Source: Pumilibacteraceae bacterium (GTDB lineage: Bacteria; Bacillota; Clostridia; Christensenellales; Pumilibacteraceae). Taken from it: a stretch of 64,000 nt of DNA. The notes under the pieces were generated by a model. It had not been told where the DNA came from and searched no databases. It worked only from the letters and a program-made list of their open reading frames with translations. The stretch spans positions 50,106-114,105 of the forward strand of contig JAZOMX010000020.1 in NCBI GenBank assembly GCA_045654245.1, written 5' to 3'. Shown here in pieces: positions 45,370 through 55,613 of the stretch. Both the position numbers and the translations under genes were made by a program. Numbering within the stretch: the first letter of the stretch is position 1; every line of letters begins with the position of its first letter.

Positions 45370-46164
45370 TTATTCGTCCCAATGTGCGATTGATGGGAGG
45401 ATTACGTCTATTTTTTGTCCCGTTTTAGCAAGTTCTTCCATAGTGCCCTCGCCCGAGAGAACGAAAATGGAAACGAACCCGTTGTTGATTGCAAACTGCA
45501 TATCGGTAGAAAGTCTATCGCCTACCATTGCAATTTCGTGAGGCTCAAGTCCTAGTAAACGCTGTATGCTCTCGCCTATCGGACGAAACGGCTTTCCGCA
45601 AACGAGCAACGGCGACACTCCCGTCGATTTTTCAATAAGCGCAATAAACGAACCAACGTCGGGCTTAAAGCCTCTCGCCGTAGGACAGTTGATATCGGGG
45701 TGAGTCGCTATGTAAGGCACGCCCTCGCGAATAAGGTCACATAATTCGGTCAATTCGTCGTAATCGAAAGTCGTGTGGAATCCAAGCACGATAAGGTCGG
45801 GATTTTCATCACCGCCGACGGGGTTAATTCCCGACTCACGGAACTCACGCTTTAATTTTTCGTTACCAAAAAGATAAATTCGCTTGCCTGCGTAATGCGT
45901 TTGCAAATATTCCACCGTAGCGTTTCCCGAAGTAAAAACGTCGTCCTCGGTTACGGTAAAGCCGAGTTTTGACAAACGCACGGCGTAATCGGTACGAGAC
46001 GCCGAACTATTGTTCGTTAAGAACATTGCTCTACATCTGTCGTTCATACGCTTAACGGCGTCAAGCGCACCGTCGATTAGGTTATTATCTAGATAAATCG
46101 TGCCGTCCATATCAAGCAAAAAGCATTTTACTCGTGCAATCTTTTCGTTCATTTTCTTCTCCAT
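45370..46164 (-). CDS. HAD-IIA family sugar phosphatase (NagD/AraL-like)
   Basis: 264 aa. FLLDMDGTIY, LTNNSS and GDRLSTD motifs. Confidence 0.85.
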   Translation of the reverse strand: MEKKMNEKIARVKCFLLDMDGTIYLDNNLIDGALDAVKRMNDRCRAMFLTNNSSASRTDYAVRLSKLGFTVTEDDVFTSGNATVEYLQTHYAGKRIYLFGNEKLKREFRESGINPVGGDENPDLIVLGFHTTFDYDELTELCDLIREGVPYIATHPDINCPTARGFKPDVGSFIALIEKSTGVSPLLVCGKPFRPIGESIQRLLGLEPHEIAMVGDRLSTDMQFAINNGFVSIFVLSGEGTMEELAKTGQKIDVILPSIAHWDE

Positions 46165-47222
46165 TTGTTTTTCAAATAACGGTCGGATAATCCTAGCGCT
46201 TTAATCACGCCAAGCAGACCACAATTTTTCGTCAGTTCAGGAGCAAGCGCAAGCCCTAGCGCAAAGTTCGCTTCCCCTAGGTATTTATTATAAAAAAATC
46301 CTTTGTCTTTGTAAAGTCTTTTAAGTATGTAAAAGGCAAAATTAAGCGTTTTTTCGCACGCAACTGCACTTTTTAACAGTTCGTAACGCCTTTCGTTAAT
46401 ACAGTATATCCACCTATCAAGCCTTTCTTTCGAGATATATTCTTGCTCGGGTATTACCGAAAATAATGAAACGCCCAGCGCCGTATAAAGAGCGTCTAAT
46501 CTATCGTTTTGATTAGGCACGGAAAAAGAACGAACGGGCATGTAACGCAAAAAAGCAACGCTCGCTCGCATTGAAATAAGCGCGCTAACGAGCAAGTTAT
46601 CCAACTCCGTTTTACCTAACGCCTTGGCTATTCCGACTGCGCTACTATCACGCAAAAGTTCTCCGTTTCCGCTCTTAAAAATTTCTTCCATAACGGAAAA
46701 AAGTAACCTTGCCGTAATTTTCTTTTCGCTGAGCAAACGGAAAACAATATCCGCAATTTTCGTTTTTTCCACCGCCTCGGTTTCGCCTAAAGCCTCCAAC
46801 ACGGAGCGGTCAAACGAGGCGCAAAGCAGAGAACAAATCTTTCCAAAAGCCCTCGCTATTCCCTTTTCATCCTCGCTTAAATACTTATAGTCGCACGCTA
46901 ACACTTTGGGATTGCTAGAAAATTCTTCGGCGCAATCGGGCGAAAGAACAATGCTGATAAGCGGTAGAGCGTATTTTTTAGCGATACGAGTAGAAAGTCT
47001 ATTCTCGCCCACTCCTATTACCGCTTTTACGCCCTCTTCTATCTCGACTTCGCCCTTAAACGAAACGACGACTTTACACAAGAAAAACTTGCTTAACTCT
47101 CTCACGATATTTTTGTCCGCGCCCTCGCCTAAAACGGCTAACACGCTCGAACGAAATGGTACAAACGCCTCTATTTCACTTGGAAGATTAGCAAACGCTC
47201 CCTCGCCTTTTAACACCGTCAT
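46149..47222 (-). CDS. Hypothetical protein, possibly a degenerate dehydroquinate-synthase/iron-ADH-fold (AraM-like) protein
   Basis: 357 aa with a GGAGAGAG RBS. Overlaps the HAD gene by 16 nt. VIGVGENRLSTRIAKKYALPLISIV resembles, but does not match, the GGG..D.aK motif of the fold. Confidence 0.45.
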   Translation of the reverse strand: MTVLKGEGAFANLPSEIEAFVPFRSSVLAVLGEGADKNIVRELSKFFLCKVVVSFKGEVEIEEGVKAVIGVGENRLSTRIAKKYALPLISIVLSPDCAEEFSSNPKVLACDYKYLSEDEKGIARAFGKICSLLCASFDRSVLEALGETEAVEKTKIADIVFRLLSEKKITARLLFSVMEEIFKSGNGELLRDSSAVGIAKALGKTELDNLLVSALISMRASVAFLRYMPVRSFSVPNQNDRLDALYTALGVSLFSVIPEQEYISKERLDRWIYCINERRYELLKSAVACEKTLNFAFYILKRLYKDKGFFYNKYLGEANFALGLALAPELTKNCGLLGVIKALGLSDRYLKNKWRRK

Positions 47223-47329
47223 ATTCTCTCTCCGTTTTCTTTTGATTATATAATGGAAAAAAGAGAATATTTTCCGCTCTTTTGTAGAATAAATTACATT
47301 ATTGTAACACTACGAGCAATTACAAAGCA

Positions 47330-47362
47330 GAAAAAAAGACGAGTTAATCTAACTCGTCTTTT
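47330..47362 (-). terminator. Rho-independent terminator after the PPIase gene
   Basis: aagacgagtta/taactcgtctt stem with a 3-nt loop and a T7 run on the minus strand. Confidence 0.85.
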
Positions 47363-47370
47363 CGTATTTA

Positions 47371-49224
47371 TTATTTCGATTCTTTAAGGTCAGCGTAAAC
47401 GCTTTCGTGTCTAGTGATAATCTTCTTAATGGTTTGATAGTTACCGATTTTCTCGTTTTGCCATACCGCAAACACTTGATTAATTTTGTTAGCAAGTTTT
47501 TCTGCACGCAAATGCTCGTACAAAGTTTCGGTGGAAGAATAAGAAATGTAATCATCAAGACCAACGGTAAGTCCACCGGAGGGGATAACCTTGGATAGGA
47601 ACAAAATATGAACGCCGTAATCAGTTGTTACCGGCTCGGAAACTGCTCCTTCCACTCCAGCCTCGTAAAGTTCTTTAGCGGCGCGAGAGAACTCTTCCAT
47701 ATACTTGGTGTCGTAGTTGTCGCCCGTAGTTACCTTAACGGCATAACCGAGTTCGTTATTAAAGATACCCTCGTCGGTATTATACTTATAAATAAGTTTA
47801 TCGAAAGTCTTTGCTTGTTCCGTTGCGTTACCTACGACCTTTGCCATTTCCGTAGTGATATCCGCGTAGATTTGCTGAATAGTAACGGGTTTGCCGTAAT
47901 TCTCGCCGTCACGATGCTCGAACCCAGTTACGGCATTACCGAGAGCCTCTTTCTTAGCCTTGATTGCATCTGCGCCTGCTACCGTACCTTGCTGAGCCTT
48001 GTAGTTAGAAAGTTCAGTCGCCTGAGCGTCGGAGAAAGGAACGAGGATATGTTTTACGTAGAAGTAACTTCCGTTGGGATAATAAACGAGGTGATGATTA
48101 TTGCCTGCGGACATATCAGCCTCAAAAGATGCGCTCGAAGAATATTTTTGGCGTTGCTCGCCTAAAAGCAATTCGTATTGAGCCTCAACTTCAGCCTTGG
48201 TTACGTCAACGCTGTTAGTTACGTACTCTTGGAGAAGTTGAATTTTAATGCTCTCACGATACTCGTCGCCAACGAAGTAAGCCATAACTTTGGAAGTGCC
48301 TAGCGCAGGATAGATATAAGGTAATCCCTTTTCGTCGCCGATTGCGTTAAGCGCGTTAATGTCAGCGTAGTATTCTTTCTTTGCCTTATCGCTAATACGA
48401 TAGTCCTCGTCAACCGTAGTCTTAAGGTACGCCATAAAGCGTCTCATAGCCTCAAGTTCGAGCGATTTAATTTCGTCGTTACCGTACAAACCGGGATAAC
48501 GAAGAGTATCGGGCGCCCAAACGGGTTCGTTTGCTAGGTCGTAACGAGTAATAATCGTAACGAGTTTTTCATCAGAGTAACTTGCGTTCTTCTCGTAAAG
48601 AGCGTTCAAAGCATCACCCTCGAGCGTTCCTTTGGTGAGTTCGTTTACTTTCTCAAGGAGCATTTCTCTCGACCAAGAATCGTAAAGTCCCTCTTCCTTT
48701 TCTTCGTAAACGGGGTAAGTCGTTTCCGCAGAAGGCGTAGTCTCTGCTACCGAACTTTGGTCAGCAGTCTGATAACCGTGCTCGGTAAGAATATCGTTTC
48801 TAAGCGACGCTAGTTTGCCGTCAACGAAAGAATAAACGCTTTGAAGAACGAGATTTTCCTCGTATTGCGAGAAAATCATATTGCCAAAATGTAGTTGCGC
48901 CTCTGCCTCGCTCAAGAGAAGTTCTCTTGCAACTAGTTGGTCAACGCAGTAATCCACGGCATCCTCAATCGTATAACCGTTCTCGTTTACGAGCGTTGCG
49001 CCTACTTGATTAAAGTAAGTAGCAATATCGTACTTATAAATCTTCTTCTCAGGAGCGGTATAAGGCGTAGTGCCTGCACCACCGTCAATCGTAACGGAAT
49101 CAATCGTTACCGCAACTTGCTTGTAGTCTCTCTCGAAATCGTACTCAAACAAAGCGCATCCCGTACAGAGAAACACACTCATCAAAACTGAAATAATTAT
49201 TCCTATAATTTTACGCATATTCAT
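47371..49224 (-). CDS. Large PpiC/parvulin-type peptidyl-prolyl isomerase lipoprotein (PrsA/SurA-like)
   Basis: 617 aa. Lipobox LCTGC. Parvulin block YFYVKHILVPFSD ... TDYGVHILFL. Confidence 0.8.
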   Translation of the reverse strand: MNMRKIIGIIISVLMSVFLCTGCALFEYDFERDYKQVAVTIDSVTIDGGAGTTPYTAPEKKIYKYDIATYFNQVGATLVNENGYTIEDAVDYCVDQLVARELLLSEAEAQLHFGNMIFSQYEENLVLQSVYSFVDGKLASLRNDILTEHGYQTADQSSVAETTPSAETTYPVYEEKEEGLYDSWSREMLLEKVNELTKGTLEGDALNALYEKNASYSDEKLVTIITRYDLANEPVWAPDTLRYPGLYGNDEIKSLELEAMRRFMAYLKTTVDEDYRISDKAKKEYYADINALNAIGDEKGLPYIYPALGTSKVMAYFVGDEYRESIKIQLLQEYVTNSVDVTKAEVEAQYELLLGEQRQKYSSSASFEADMSAGNNHHLVYYPNGSYFYVKHILVPFSDAQATELSNYKAQQGTVAGADAIKAKKEALGNAVTGFEHRDGENYGKPVTIQQIYADITTEMAKVVGNATEQAKTFDKLIYKYNTDEGIFNNELGYAVKVTTGDNYDTKYMEEFSRAAKELYEAGVEGAVSEPVTTDYGVHILFLSKVIPSGGLTVGLDDYISYSSTETLYEHLRAEKLANKINQVFAVWQNEKIGNYQTIKKIITRHESVYADLKESK

Positions 49225-49303
49225 CCTCGTTTAGAAATTTTAAGCGAATTATTACAAATAGCCGATTTTCATTATACTATTATTTGCAAAAAAAATCAAT
49301 CGT

Positions 49304-52300
49304 TTAACGCTTTAATTTGTGACAATTAAGTAAAAATTTGAGCATTTTTGCTCCACTAGGGAACTTAATGCGAGGCGGAGCGTCAAACGACAGTCGTCCA
49401 CCCTCTTTTATAGCCTCGGCGTTGACTGCGCTATCTATATCGATAATCTTTGAAAAACCTACCGCAAAATCCCCTCGCTTAAGCGTTACCGTTTCCGCTC
49501 CGATTGCGCCCGCTAAGTTCTTAATAAGCGCCACGTCAACCAAATTCTTAACGCTATCGGGAACGGGACCGTAAATATCCGTCATATCGGCAAGCACGCT
49601 TTCTCGCTCGATAAGAGTGCTTATCTTTGCAATCCTAGAATATATCCGCAATCTCCAGTCCTTATCGGGAATATAACCGTCGGGAATAAACAAGGCGTAG
49701 TCGGCAATTACCCTAACTTCCTTTCTGTCGCTTTGTTTTTCTCCCTTCAATTCACTTACCGCACTAGAGAGAAGTTTACAGTACATATCGTATCCAACTT
49801 TCTCCATATGCCCGTGCTGTTGCGCACCGAGCACCGAACCCGCTCCCCTTATTTCAAGGTCGCGCATCGCTATTTTAAATCCGCTACCAAACTCTGTAAA
49901 CTGCGTGATTGCGTCCAGTCTTTTATACGCCGTCTCGGTAAGCGTTTTGCGCCCGTCGAAAGTAAAGTAAACGTAGGCTAGGCGATTACTTCTGCCCACT
50001 CGTCCACGCAATTGATAAAGTTGCGACAAACCTAGTTTATCGGCGTCCACAACAACCATAGTGTTCGCCCTTGGAATATCTATTCCGTTTTCGATAATCG
50101 TTGACGAAATCATTACGTCGTACTCGCCCGAAACGAACTGTTCTACTCTCTTTTCGAGTTTGCTCTCTTCCATTTGTCCGTGAGCATAAATCACTTTCGC
50201 ATCAGGCAAAAGCGCTTGAATACGAGAGGCAAATTCGGGCATATTTATAACCTTGTTATACACGATAAACGCCTGACCGCCCCTGTTTAGTTCACGGTTA
50301 ACGGCGTCAACTAGCAAAGTATCGCTATACTCGGAAACGTAGGTTTGGACTGGTATTCTCGAGGTTGGTGGCGTATCGAGTATGCTAATATCCCTAATAC
50401 CCACTAGCGACATATGTAGCGTTCTCGGAATAGGCGTTGCCGAAAGCGTAAGCACGTTCACTTCGTTTTTAAGTTCTTTGATTTTTTCTTTGTCGGCAAC
50501 GCCAAACCGCTGTTCTTCGTCTAGAATAAGCAAGCCTAAATCGGCAAATCCCACGTCTTTAGATAGTAGTCTATGCGTTCCAACCACTATATCTACTTTA
50601 CCCGCTTTTAGCATAGCCGTAGTCTTTTCCGTCTCTGCTCTGCTGTCGAAACGGGTAAGCGAACGCACGATTACACCAAACGGTTCCATACGCTTTTTTA
50701 CCGTCTCAAAGTGTTGTTTCGCCAGGATTGTCGTGGGCGAAAGAAAAGCAACTTGTTTGCCCTCGGCGATTACTTTGAACGCTATACGAAGAGCAACTTC
50801 AGTCTTGCCGTAACCAACGTCACCACAAAGCAATCTATCCATAATCTTACCTTTTTTAAGGTCGGATAGTCCGTCCTCAATTGCGGTAAGTTGGTCGTCC
50901 GTTTCGGCAAACTCAAAACTGTCCTCAAAATCTTTGAGTAGTCCGTCGTCCTCGCTATATCTATAACCTTTTCCTTCCAGTCTTTTTCCGTAAAGTTCGA
51001 CTAAGTTTACGGCAAGTTCGGTAACCGCCTTTTTAACCTTTTCCTTTACCCTCGCAAAATCTTTACCGCCGATTTTAGATAGAGTTGGAGTCGCCTCGCC
51101 CGCCGAATATTTTGACAACGAATCGAGGTTCTCGACGGGAACGTAAAGTTCGTCCTCGCCCGCATATTTTACTAGTGCGTAGTCTCGCATAAGCCCGTCG
51201 ATTTCTACTTTAACTATGCCCTCGAAACGGCCTATGCCGTGAAATTCGTGCACGACGTAGTCGCCTTGTTCGGGCTGAACGAAAACGTCTTTTTTGCTAC
51301 GCTTGATTTGTTTTTTTACTTGCTTGTAAACGAGGTCGTTCTCGCCTATTACGGCAACCTTTTCTTGTTCAAAAATCGCACCGTTCTTTACCGAAAAAGG
51401 CACTCTGTTAAGGGCGTTTTCATACCCCTTTTTAACGAAAATATCACGCTCGCGAAGATAGTCGAACACGAACTTATAACGCTCGTCGTCGCCTAGCGCA
51501 AAATACACCTTAAAACCTTTCCGCTCAAGTTCGGCTAGGTCGCTATCAATACCCGTAATTTGTTTATAATACGGGTTTATAGGTTTAATCTTAAAGTCGA
51601 AAACCGCAGTAGGCGCAAATATTCTATTCGCCGACATAAGGTTATGGAAAGCAATTTTTTTGCACTTAAAAGCAAATGCTTTTTCCAAAGGCAAAATATG
51701 TTCTATGCTTTTTCGTACCGTTTCGCCTTGCTCAAGCATAGATTTATATCTGTTTTCAGTCTCCGTAATAGTTACTACGGCGTTATCGTAGAGGTGTTTC
51801 GCCTCGTCGAAAATCACGCCACTAGGGCGAGCAAACTCAAAAAGCGTTTCCGTTTCACAGTACGGAAGAAGATATAACATAGACAACGAATTATCTAGTC
51901 CGGTAAGTTTTGCCGTAAGCGTACTTACTAAACTTTCTAGTTTCGCCTTTTTATCGGGCGATAGTTTGCTAGTCGAAAGTTCGTTAGATAAAGATTTTGC
52001 AATCTCGTTAGCCTCGTGCTCCGTTACGAAAAATTCGGTTACGGGCGCAACCGCAACGCTAGAAATTTTTTCGCTCGAAGTGTGATTATCAAGCGAAATT
52101 ACGCGAATACTTTCTATTTCGTCGCCAAAAAACTCGATTCGCACGGGCGTTTCGCTCGCTATTGACCAAATATCAAGGATATCGCCACGGAGCGAAAACC
52201 GACCTAAGTCACTGATTTGCGCCTCTCTACGATAGCCTGCGCAAATCAGTTTTTCACAAACCTTACCAAGGTCGTAAGTTTTGCCAGTCTCAAGCGTAAA

Positions 52301-52705
52301 ACAGCCCTCTAAAAACTTTTCGCGCTTAGGGTAAACTTGCATAATCGCGCTAACGGGACAAACGGCGAACCTTGCTTTTCCCGTTGCGATTTCGTGCATT
52401 GATTTTAGCCGAGTAATAATATTTTCGCCGGCAAAAGAGTCACGGTAAGATAGCGTATCGTCTCTACCCGGGAGCAAAACGGTACTATCTACCACGCTTT
52501 TTAGTCTTTCGTAAAACTCGCGCGCTTGATAAAAATCGGGAGTAACGACGAGCGTTACGCCCTCGCTTTCTAAAACCGAAACGACGAGCGGTTTTGCGTT
52601 TTTATCTAGCCCAAAAGCCGAGATATTTTTCATATCCCGGTAGGAATCGGCTAGTTTAATCACGGAGCCAAAGCCGTTATTAAAGATTTGAGTTAGTTCT
52701 GACAA
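49304..52705 (-). CDS. mfd: Transcription-repair coupling factor
   Basis: 1133 aa. CarD-like region GDYVVHEFHGIGRF, helicase motifs GDVGYGKTEVA and DEEQRFG, plus a TRG motif region. Confidence 0.95.
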   Translation of the reverse strand: MSELTQIFNNGFGSVIKLADSYRDMKNISAFGLDKNAKPLVVSVLESEGVTLVVTPDFYQAREFYERLKSVVDSTVLLPGRDDTLSYRDSFAGENIITRLKSMHEIATGKARFAVCPVSAIMQVYPKREKFLEGCFTLETGKTYDLGKVCEKLICAGYRREAQISDLGRFSLRGDILDIWSIASETPVRIEFFGDEIESIRVISLDNHTSSEKISSVAVAPVTEFFVTEHEANEIAKSLSNELSTSKLSPDKKAKLESLVSTLTAKLTGLDNSLSMLYLLPYCETETLFEFARPSGVIFDEAKHLYDNAVVTITETENRYKSMLEQGETVRKSIEHILPLEKAFAFKCKKIAFHNLMSANRIFAPTAVFDFKIKPINPYYKQITGIDSDLAELERKGFKVYFALGDDERYKFVFDYLRERDIFVKKGYENALNRVPFSVKNGAIFEQEKVAVIGENDLVYKQVKKQIKRSKKDVFVQPEQGDYVVHEFHGIGRFEGIVKVEIDGLMRDYALVKYAGEDELYVPVENLDSLSKYSAGEATPTLSKIGGKDFARVKEKVKKAVTELAVNLVELYGKRLEGKGYRYSEDDGLLKDFEDSFEFAETDDQLTAIEDGLSDLKKGKIMDRLLCGDVGYGKTEVALRIAFKVIAEGKQVAFLSPTTILAKQHFETVKKRMEPFGVIVRSLTRFDSRAETEKTTAMLKAGKVDIVVGTHRLLSKDVGFADLGLLILDEEQRFGVADKEKIKELKNEVNVLTLSATPIPRTLHMSLVGIRDISILDTPPTSRIPVQTYVSEYSDTLLVDAVNRELNRGGQAFIVYNKVINMPEFASRIQALLPDAKVIYAHGQMEESKLEKRVEQFVSGEYDVMISSTIIENGIDIPRANTMVVVDADKLGLSQLYQLRGRVGRSNRLAYVYFTFDGRKTLTETAYKRLDAITQFTEFGSGFKIAMRDLEIRGAGSVLGAQQHGHMEKVGYDMYCKLLSSAVSELKGEKQSDRKEVRVIADYALFIPDGYIPDKDWRLRIYSRIAKISTLIERESVLADMTDIYGPVPDSVKNLVDVALIKNLAGAIGAETVTLKRGDFAVGFSKIIDIDSAVNAEAIKEGGRLSFDAPPRIKFPSGAKMLKFLLNCHKLKR

Positions 52706-52750
52706 ATGAGCCTTTAAGCGGAAAATATAATTTTTTGGTACTTTTCCGCG

Positions 52751-53281
52751 TTATTTACTCTGTATAAATTTAATCGCCTCGTCACTCGCCACTTCGAACG
52801 CGTCGAACAGCGTTTGGCGTTCCGCTTTGGGAACGGTGGCAAGCACGTAGTCAACGAGGGGTACTCGCTCGGGGACGGGACCTATTCCTATACGGATACG
52901 GGCAAATTCCGTCGAACCTATTTCGGCAATAATATTCCGCATACCGTTATGCGTACCGGCACTACCCTTTGGGCGAACTCTTACCGTGCCTTTTGGAATA
53001 TCGATATCGTCGTAGATGACTACGAGGTCGGATAGCGTAGCGTTATTCTTCTTAAGAAGTTGCTTTACCGCAACGCCCGAAAGGTTCATATAGGTAAGAG
53101 GTTTTGCAAGTACGATTTTCTCGCCACCGATAAAGCCGACTGCAACCATAGCGTCGCACTCTTTTTTGTCGAATTTAAGCGACAGTTTATCGGCGAGTCG
53201 TTCCACGGCAAGAAAGCCCATATTGTGAAAAGTATAGGCGTACTTATCGCCGTAGTTTCCTAGTCCAACGACTATTTTCAT
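52751..53281 (-). CDS. pth: Peptidyl-tRNA hydrolase
   Basis: 176 aa. VGLGNYGDKYAYTFHNMGF and GTHNGMRNI motifs. Confidence 0.95.
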   Translation of the reverse strand: MKIVVGLGNYGDKYAYTFHNMGFLAVERLADKLSLKFDKKECDAMVAVGFIGGEKIVLAKPLTYMNLSGVAVKQLLKKNNATLSDLVVIYDDIDIPKGTVRVRPKGSAGTHNGMRNIIAEIGSTEFARIRIGIGPVPERVPLVDYVLATVPKAERQTLFDAFEVASDEAIKFIQSK

Positions 53282-53487
53282 TATTTGTTAGCGTCGTTAA
53301 ACTCGTTAAGACGACGGAGCATTTCGTTGATATCAACGCCGTGAGCCTCCGCAGCCTGCTCTACGGTTTCGCCTCTAGAGATGGGGCAACCGAGACAATG
53401 CATACCGAACTCGAAAAATACGGGAGCAATCTCGGGGTTGATTTGCAATACTTCGTAAATGGTCATATCTTTAGTGATGTCGTTCAT
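53281..53487 (-). CDS. DUF1858 protein (hybrid-cluster-protein-associated redox disulfide family)
   Basis: 68 aa. Reads MTIYEVLQINPEIAPVFFEFGMHCLGCPISRGETVEQAA. Its stop overlaps the pth ATG (TAATG). Confidence 0.8.
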   Translation of the reverse strand: MNDITKDMTIYEVLQINPEIAPVFFEFGMHCLGCPISRGETVEQAAEAHGVDINEMLRRLNEFNDANK

Positions 53488-53517
53488 AATCGTTTCTCCT
53501 TTTTAATTTACTCTACT

Positions 53518-53546
53518 ATTATAATTGCCATTAGCGGTTTTGTCAA
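53518..53546 (-). promoter_or_regulatory. Perfect consensus SigA promoter for the DUF1858-pth-mfd operon (TTGACA-17-TATAAT)
   Basis: Minus strand has TTGACA at 53546-53541, a 17-nt spacer and TATAAT at 53523-53518. Confidence 0.7.
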
Positions 53547-53618
53547 CAAAAAAGGCATAATTTATACCTTTGCGCAATAGATATTATGTAGTTATATTGC
53601 CATATAGGAGGGTATTTT

Positions 53619-54287
53619 ATGTGTAAATTAAGCGAAATTATAGGGAAAAACGCACTCTCGCTTTGGGATGCTACTAGCCTTGGTAAAATTAAAAACGCCG
53701 TTTGCGACGCCGGACTTAAAAAAATTACGGCGCTAGAAACTGAAAACGGCAACTTTTTCCCCGTATCCGAGGTAGTCGCTTTCGGCGCCGACACTATCGT
53801 CGTAAGCAGTTATTCTTCCTCTCCGAACGAAGGCTTACCCTTCCCGATAAACACGCTCGTCTATACCGTTAGCGGTACGCTGTGGGGAGCAGTTTACGAC
53901 CTCGAATTTAAGGGCGACAAAATAATTTCGGTGCTAGTTCCCGATAATAAATTTGACGGGAGCAAAATCGTTTCTCGCTCCGACGAACTGATTATCGTAA
54001 ACGACGGAAATAAACGCATACTCAAAAAAGAAGTTAAGCAAGAAGAAAAACCCGTCCTTCAATCCGAAAATCAAGGCGTATCTTTGCCCCAAAAGTTGCG
54101 AGACGGCGCTACTCCTACCAAATTCGGCTCGTACGATTTTCTTCTCGGTAAGCGTGTAACCAAAGCGATTTATTCAAGCGACGGCAAACTCATAATTTCC
54201 GATAATTCCGTTATCACCGAAGAGACTATCAGCCTTGCTAGCGAGCACGAAAAACTAGTTCAACTTGCGTTATACAGCAAACAGTAA
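53619..54287 (+). CDS. Hypothetical protein with PRC-barrel-like (YlmC/YmxH-type) N-terminal domains
   Basis: 222 aa with a GGAGGG RBS. LSEIIGKNALSLWDATSLGKIKNAV resembles PRC-barrel sporulation proteins. Weak call. Confidence 0.5.
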   Translation: MCKLSEIIGKNALSLWDATSLGKIKNAVCDAGLKKITALETENGNFFPVSEVVAFGADTIVVSSYSSSPNEGLPFPINTLVYTVSGTLWGAVYDLEFKGDKIISVLVPDNKFDGSKIVSRSDELIIVNDGNKRILKKEVKQEEKPVLQSENQGVSLPQKLRDGATPTKFGSYDFLLGKRVTKAIYSSDGKLIISDNSVITEETISLASEHEKLVQLALYSKQ

Positions 54288-54293
54288 AGAAAT

Positions 54294-54328
54294 TAAAAAA
54301 GTCCGTTACGCTAAATAACGGACTTTTC
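54294..54328. terminator. Bidirectional terminator between convergent genes
   Basis: gtccgtta/taacggac stem (54301-54323) flanked by A6 and T4 runs. Confidence 0.75.
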
Positions 54329-54330
54329 GT

Positions 54331-55554
54331 TTATCTTATTAGTTTTCTCGCCTCGCCGTCAAGCGTGCCTGCGCCCATAAAAACTACGGTGTCGCCATCA
54401 CGCGTCAGTTCCGTTATCGCTCTTACAATTTTATCGTAGCCGGAAAGCAAAACGGTATTCAGTTTTCTCTTTTTTAGACGGAAAAACAACTCTTTTATCG
54501 TCTCGTCGTCGCCTATTTCTCTCGCCCCGTAAACGGGAAGAAGAACAACTCTTTCCGCTCGCTCTAAACTACGAACGAACCCTCCGCAAAGCGCCCTCGT
54601 TCGAGAATAGGTATGAGGCTCGAAGAACACCGTGGCTTTGCTAAAAACGGACAGAGCGCAATCTATTTCAGACGGGTGATGAGCGTAATCGGAATACACC
54701 GCGCGCCCGTTAAACAACCCGAGATATTCCGCGCGCCTTTTTACTCCCGTAAACTTTTTCAATCCCTCACTAGCGGTATTAACGCTTGCTCCAAGCGAAA
54801 GAGCAACGACTACGCCTGCTAATGCATTGTAAATGTTATGTTTTCCTAAAACAGAGATAGCAAACTCGCCTAGATAAATGTCTTTATACCACAACGAAAA
54901 CCCCTTTTCAATTTCTCGAGCGTAAAAATCGTTGCCTCTTGCCATACCGAAAGTAATTTTGTTGGGATGCTCTAACCTCGATAAAAAGGCGTCGTCGCCG
55001 TTTACTACCACCGTTTCACACTTATTAGCAAACGCACAAAAAGCCTCTCGATATTCTCTCTCGTTTTTATAGCAGTCTGGGTGGTCGAACTCGGCGTTTA
55101 GGATTACGCCAACGCTAGGCGAAAGAGAAAGAAAACTACGCCTATACTCGCACGCCTCGGTAATAAAAATCTCGTCGCCGTCTCGGTTTTGCACCTCGCC
55201 ACCTATATGCGTCGTAACCGAATATCCCTCTAGCATACTCGATAGCATAGCCGTAGTAGTCGTTTTGCCGTGAGTTCCAGATACGGCAATCACTTTTTTA
55301 TATCCGCTCGCAACCGCGCCCAAAAATTGCGCCCGTTCCACTACCGCAACGCCTCTTTTTTTCGCCTCGATTAGTTCACAGTTATCGCTTGGTATTGCCG
55401 AAGAAAATACTACCATATCTACGCTCGCAATATTGCTCTTGCTATGTCCTAATAGCGTTTCGTCCGAACCGCTTACCTCGTGCCCACTTCTTTTCGCTAT
55501 TTCCATAAGGCGAGCCATCGAAACTCCCTTACAACCGATAAAATGAATTTTCAT
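54331..55554 (-). CDS. murC: UDP-N-acetylmuramate--L-alanine ligase (MurC family; short, atypical N-terminal glycine motif)
   Basis: 407 aa. VSGTHGKTTTTAML, EACEYRRSFLSL and DHPDCY motifs. Confidence 0.8.
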   Translation of the reverse strand: MKIHFIGCKGVSMARLMEIAKRSGHEVSGSDETLLGHSKSNIASVDMVVFSSAIPSDNCELIEAKKRGVAVVERAQFLGAVASGYKKVIAVSGTHGKTTTTAMLSSMLEGYSVTTHIGGEVQNRDGDEIFITEACEYRRSFLSLSPSVGVILNAEFDHPDCYKNEREYREAFCAFANKCETVVVNGDDAFLSRLEHPNKITFGMARGNDFYAREIEKGFSLWYKDIYLGEFAISVLGKHNIYNALAGVVVALSLGASVNTASEGLKKFTGVKRRAEYLGLFNGRAVYSDYAHHPSEIDCALSVFSKATVFFEPHTYSRTRALCGGFVRSLERAERVVLLPVYGAREIGDDETIKELFFRLKKRKLNTVLLSGYDKIVRAITELTRDGDTVVFMGAGTLDGEARKLIR

Positions 55555-55578
55555 ACCTTAATACTTATGCTTTAAAAC

Positions 55579-55611
55579 TAAAAAAGTGACCGCTTTCGGT
55601 CACTTTTTTAG
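55579..55611 (-). terminator. Rho-independent terminator ending the nag/oxidoreductase operon
   Basis: gtgaccg/cggtcac stem (55586-55603) flanked by A/T runs. Confidence 0.85.
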
Positions 55612-55613
55612 TT

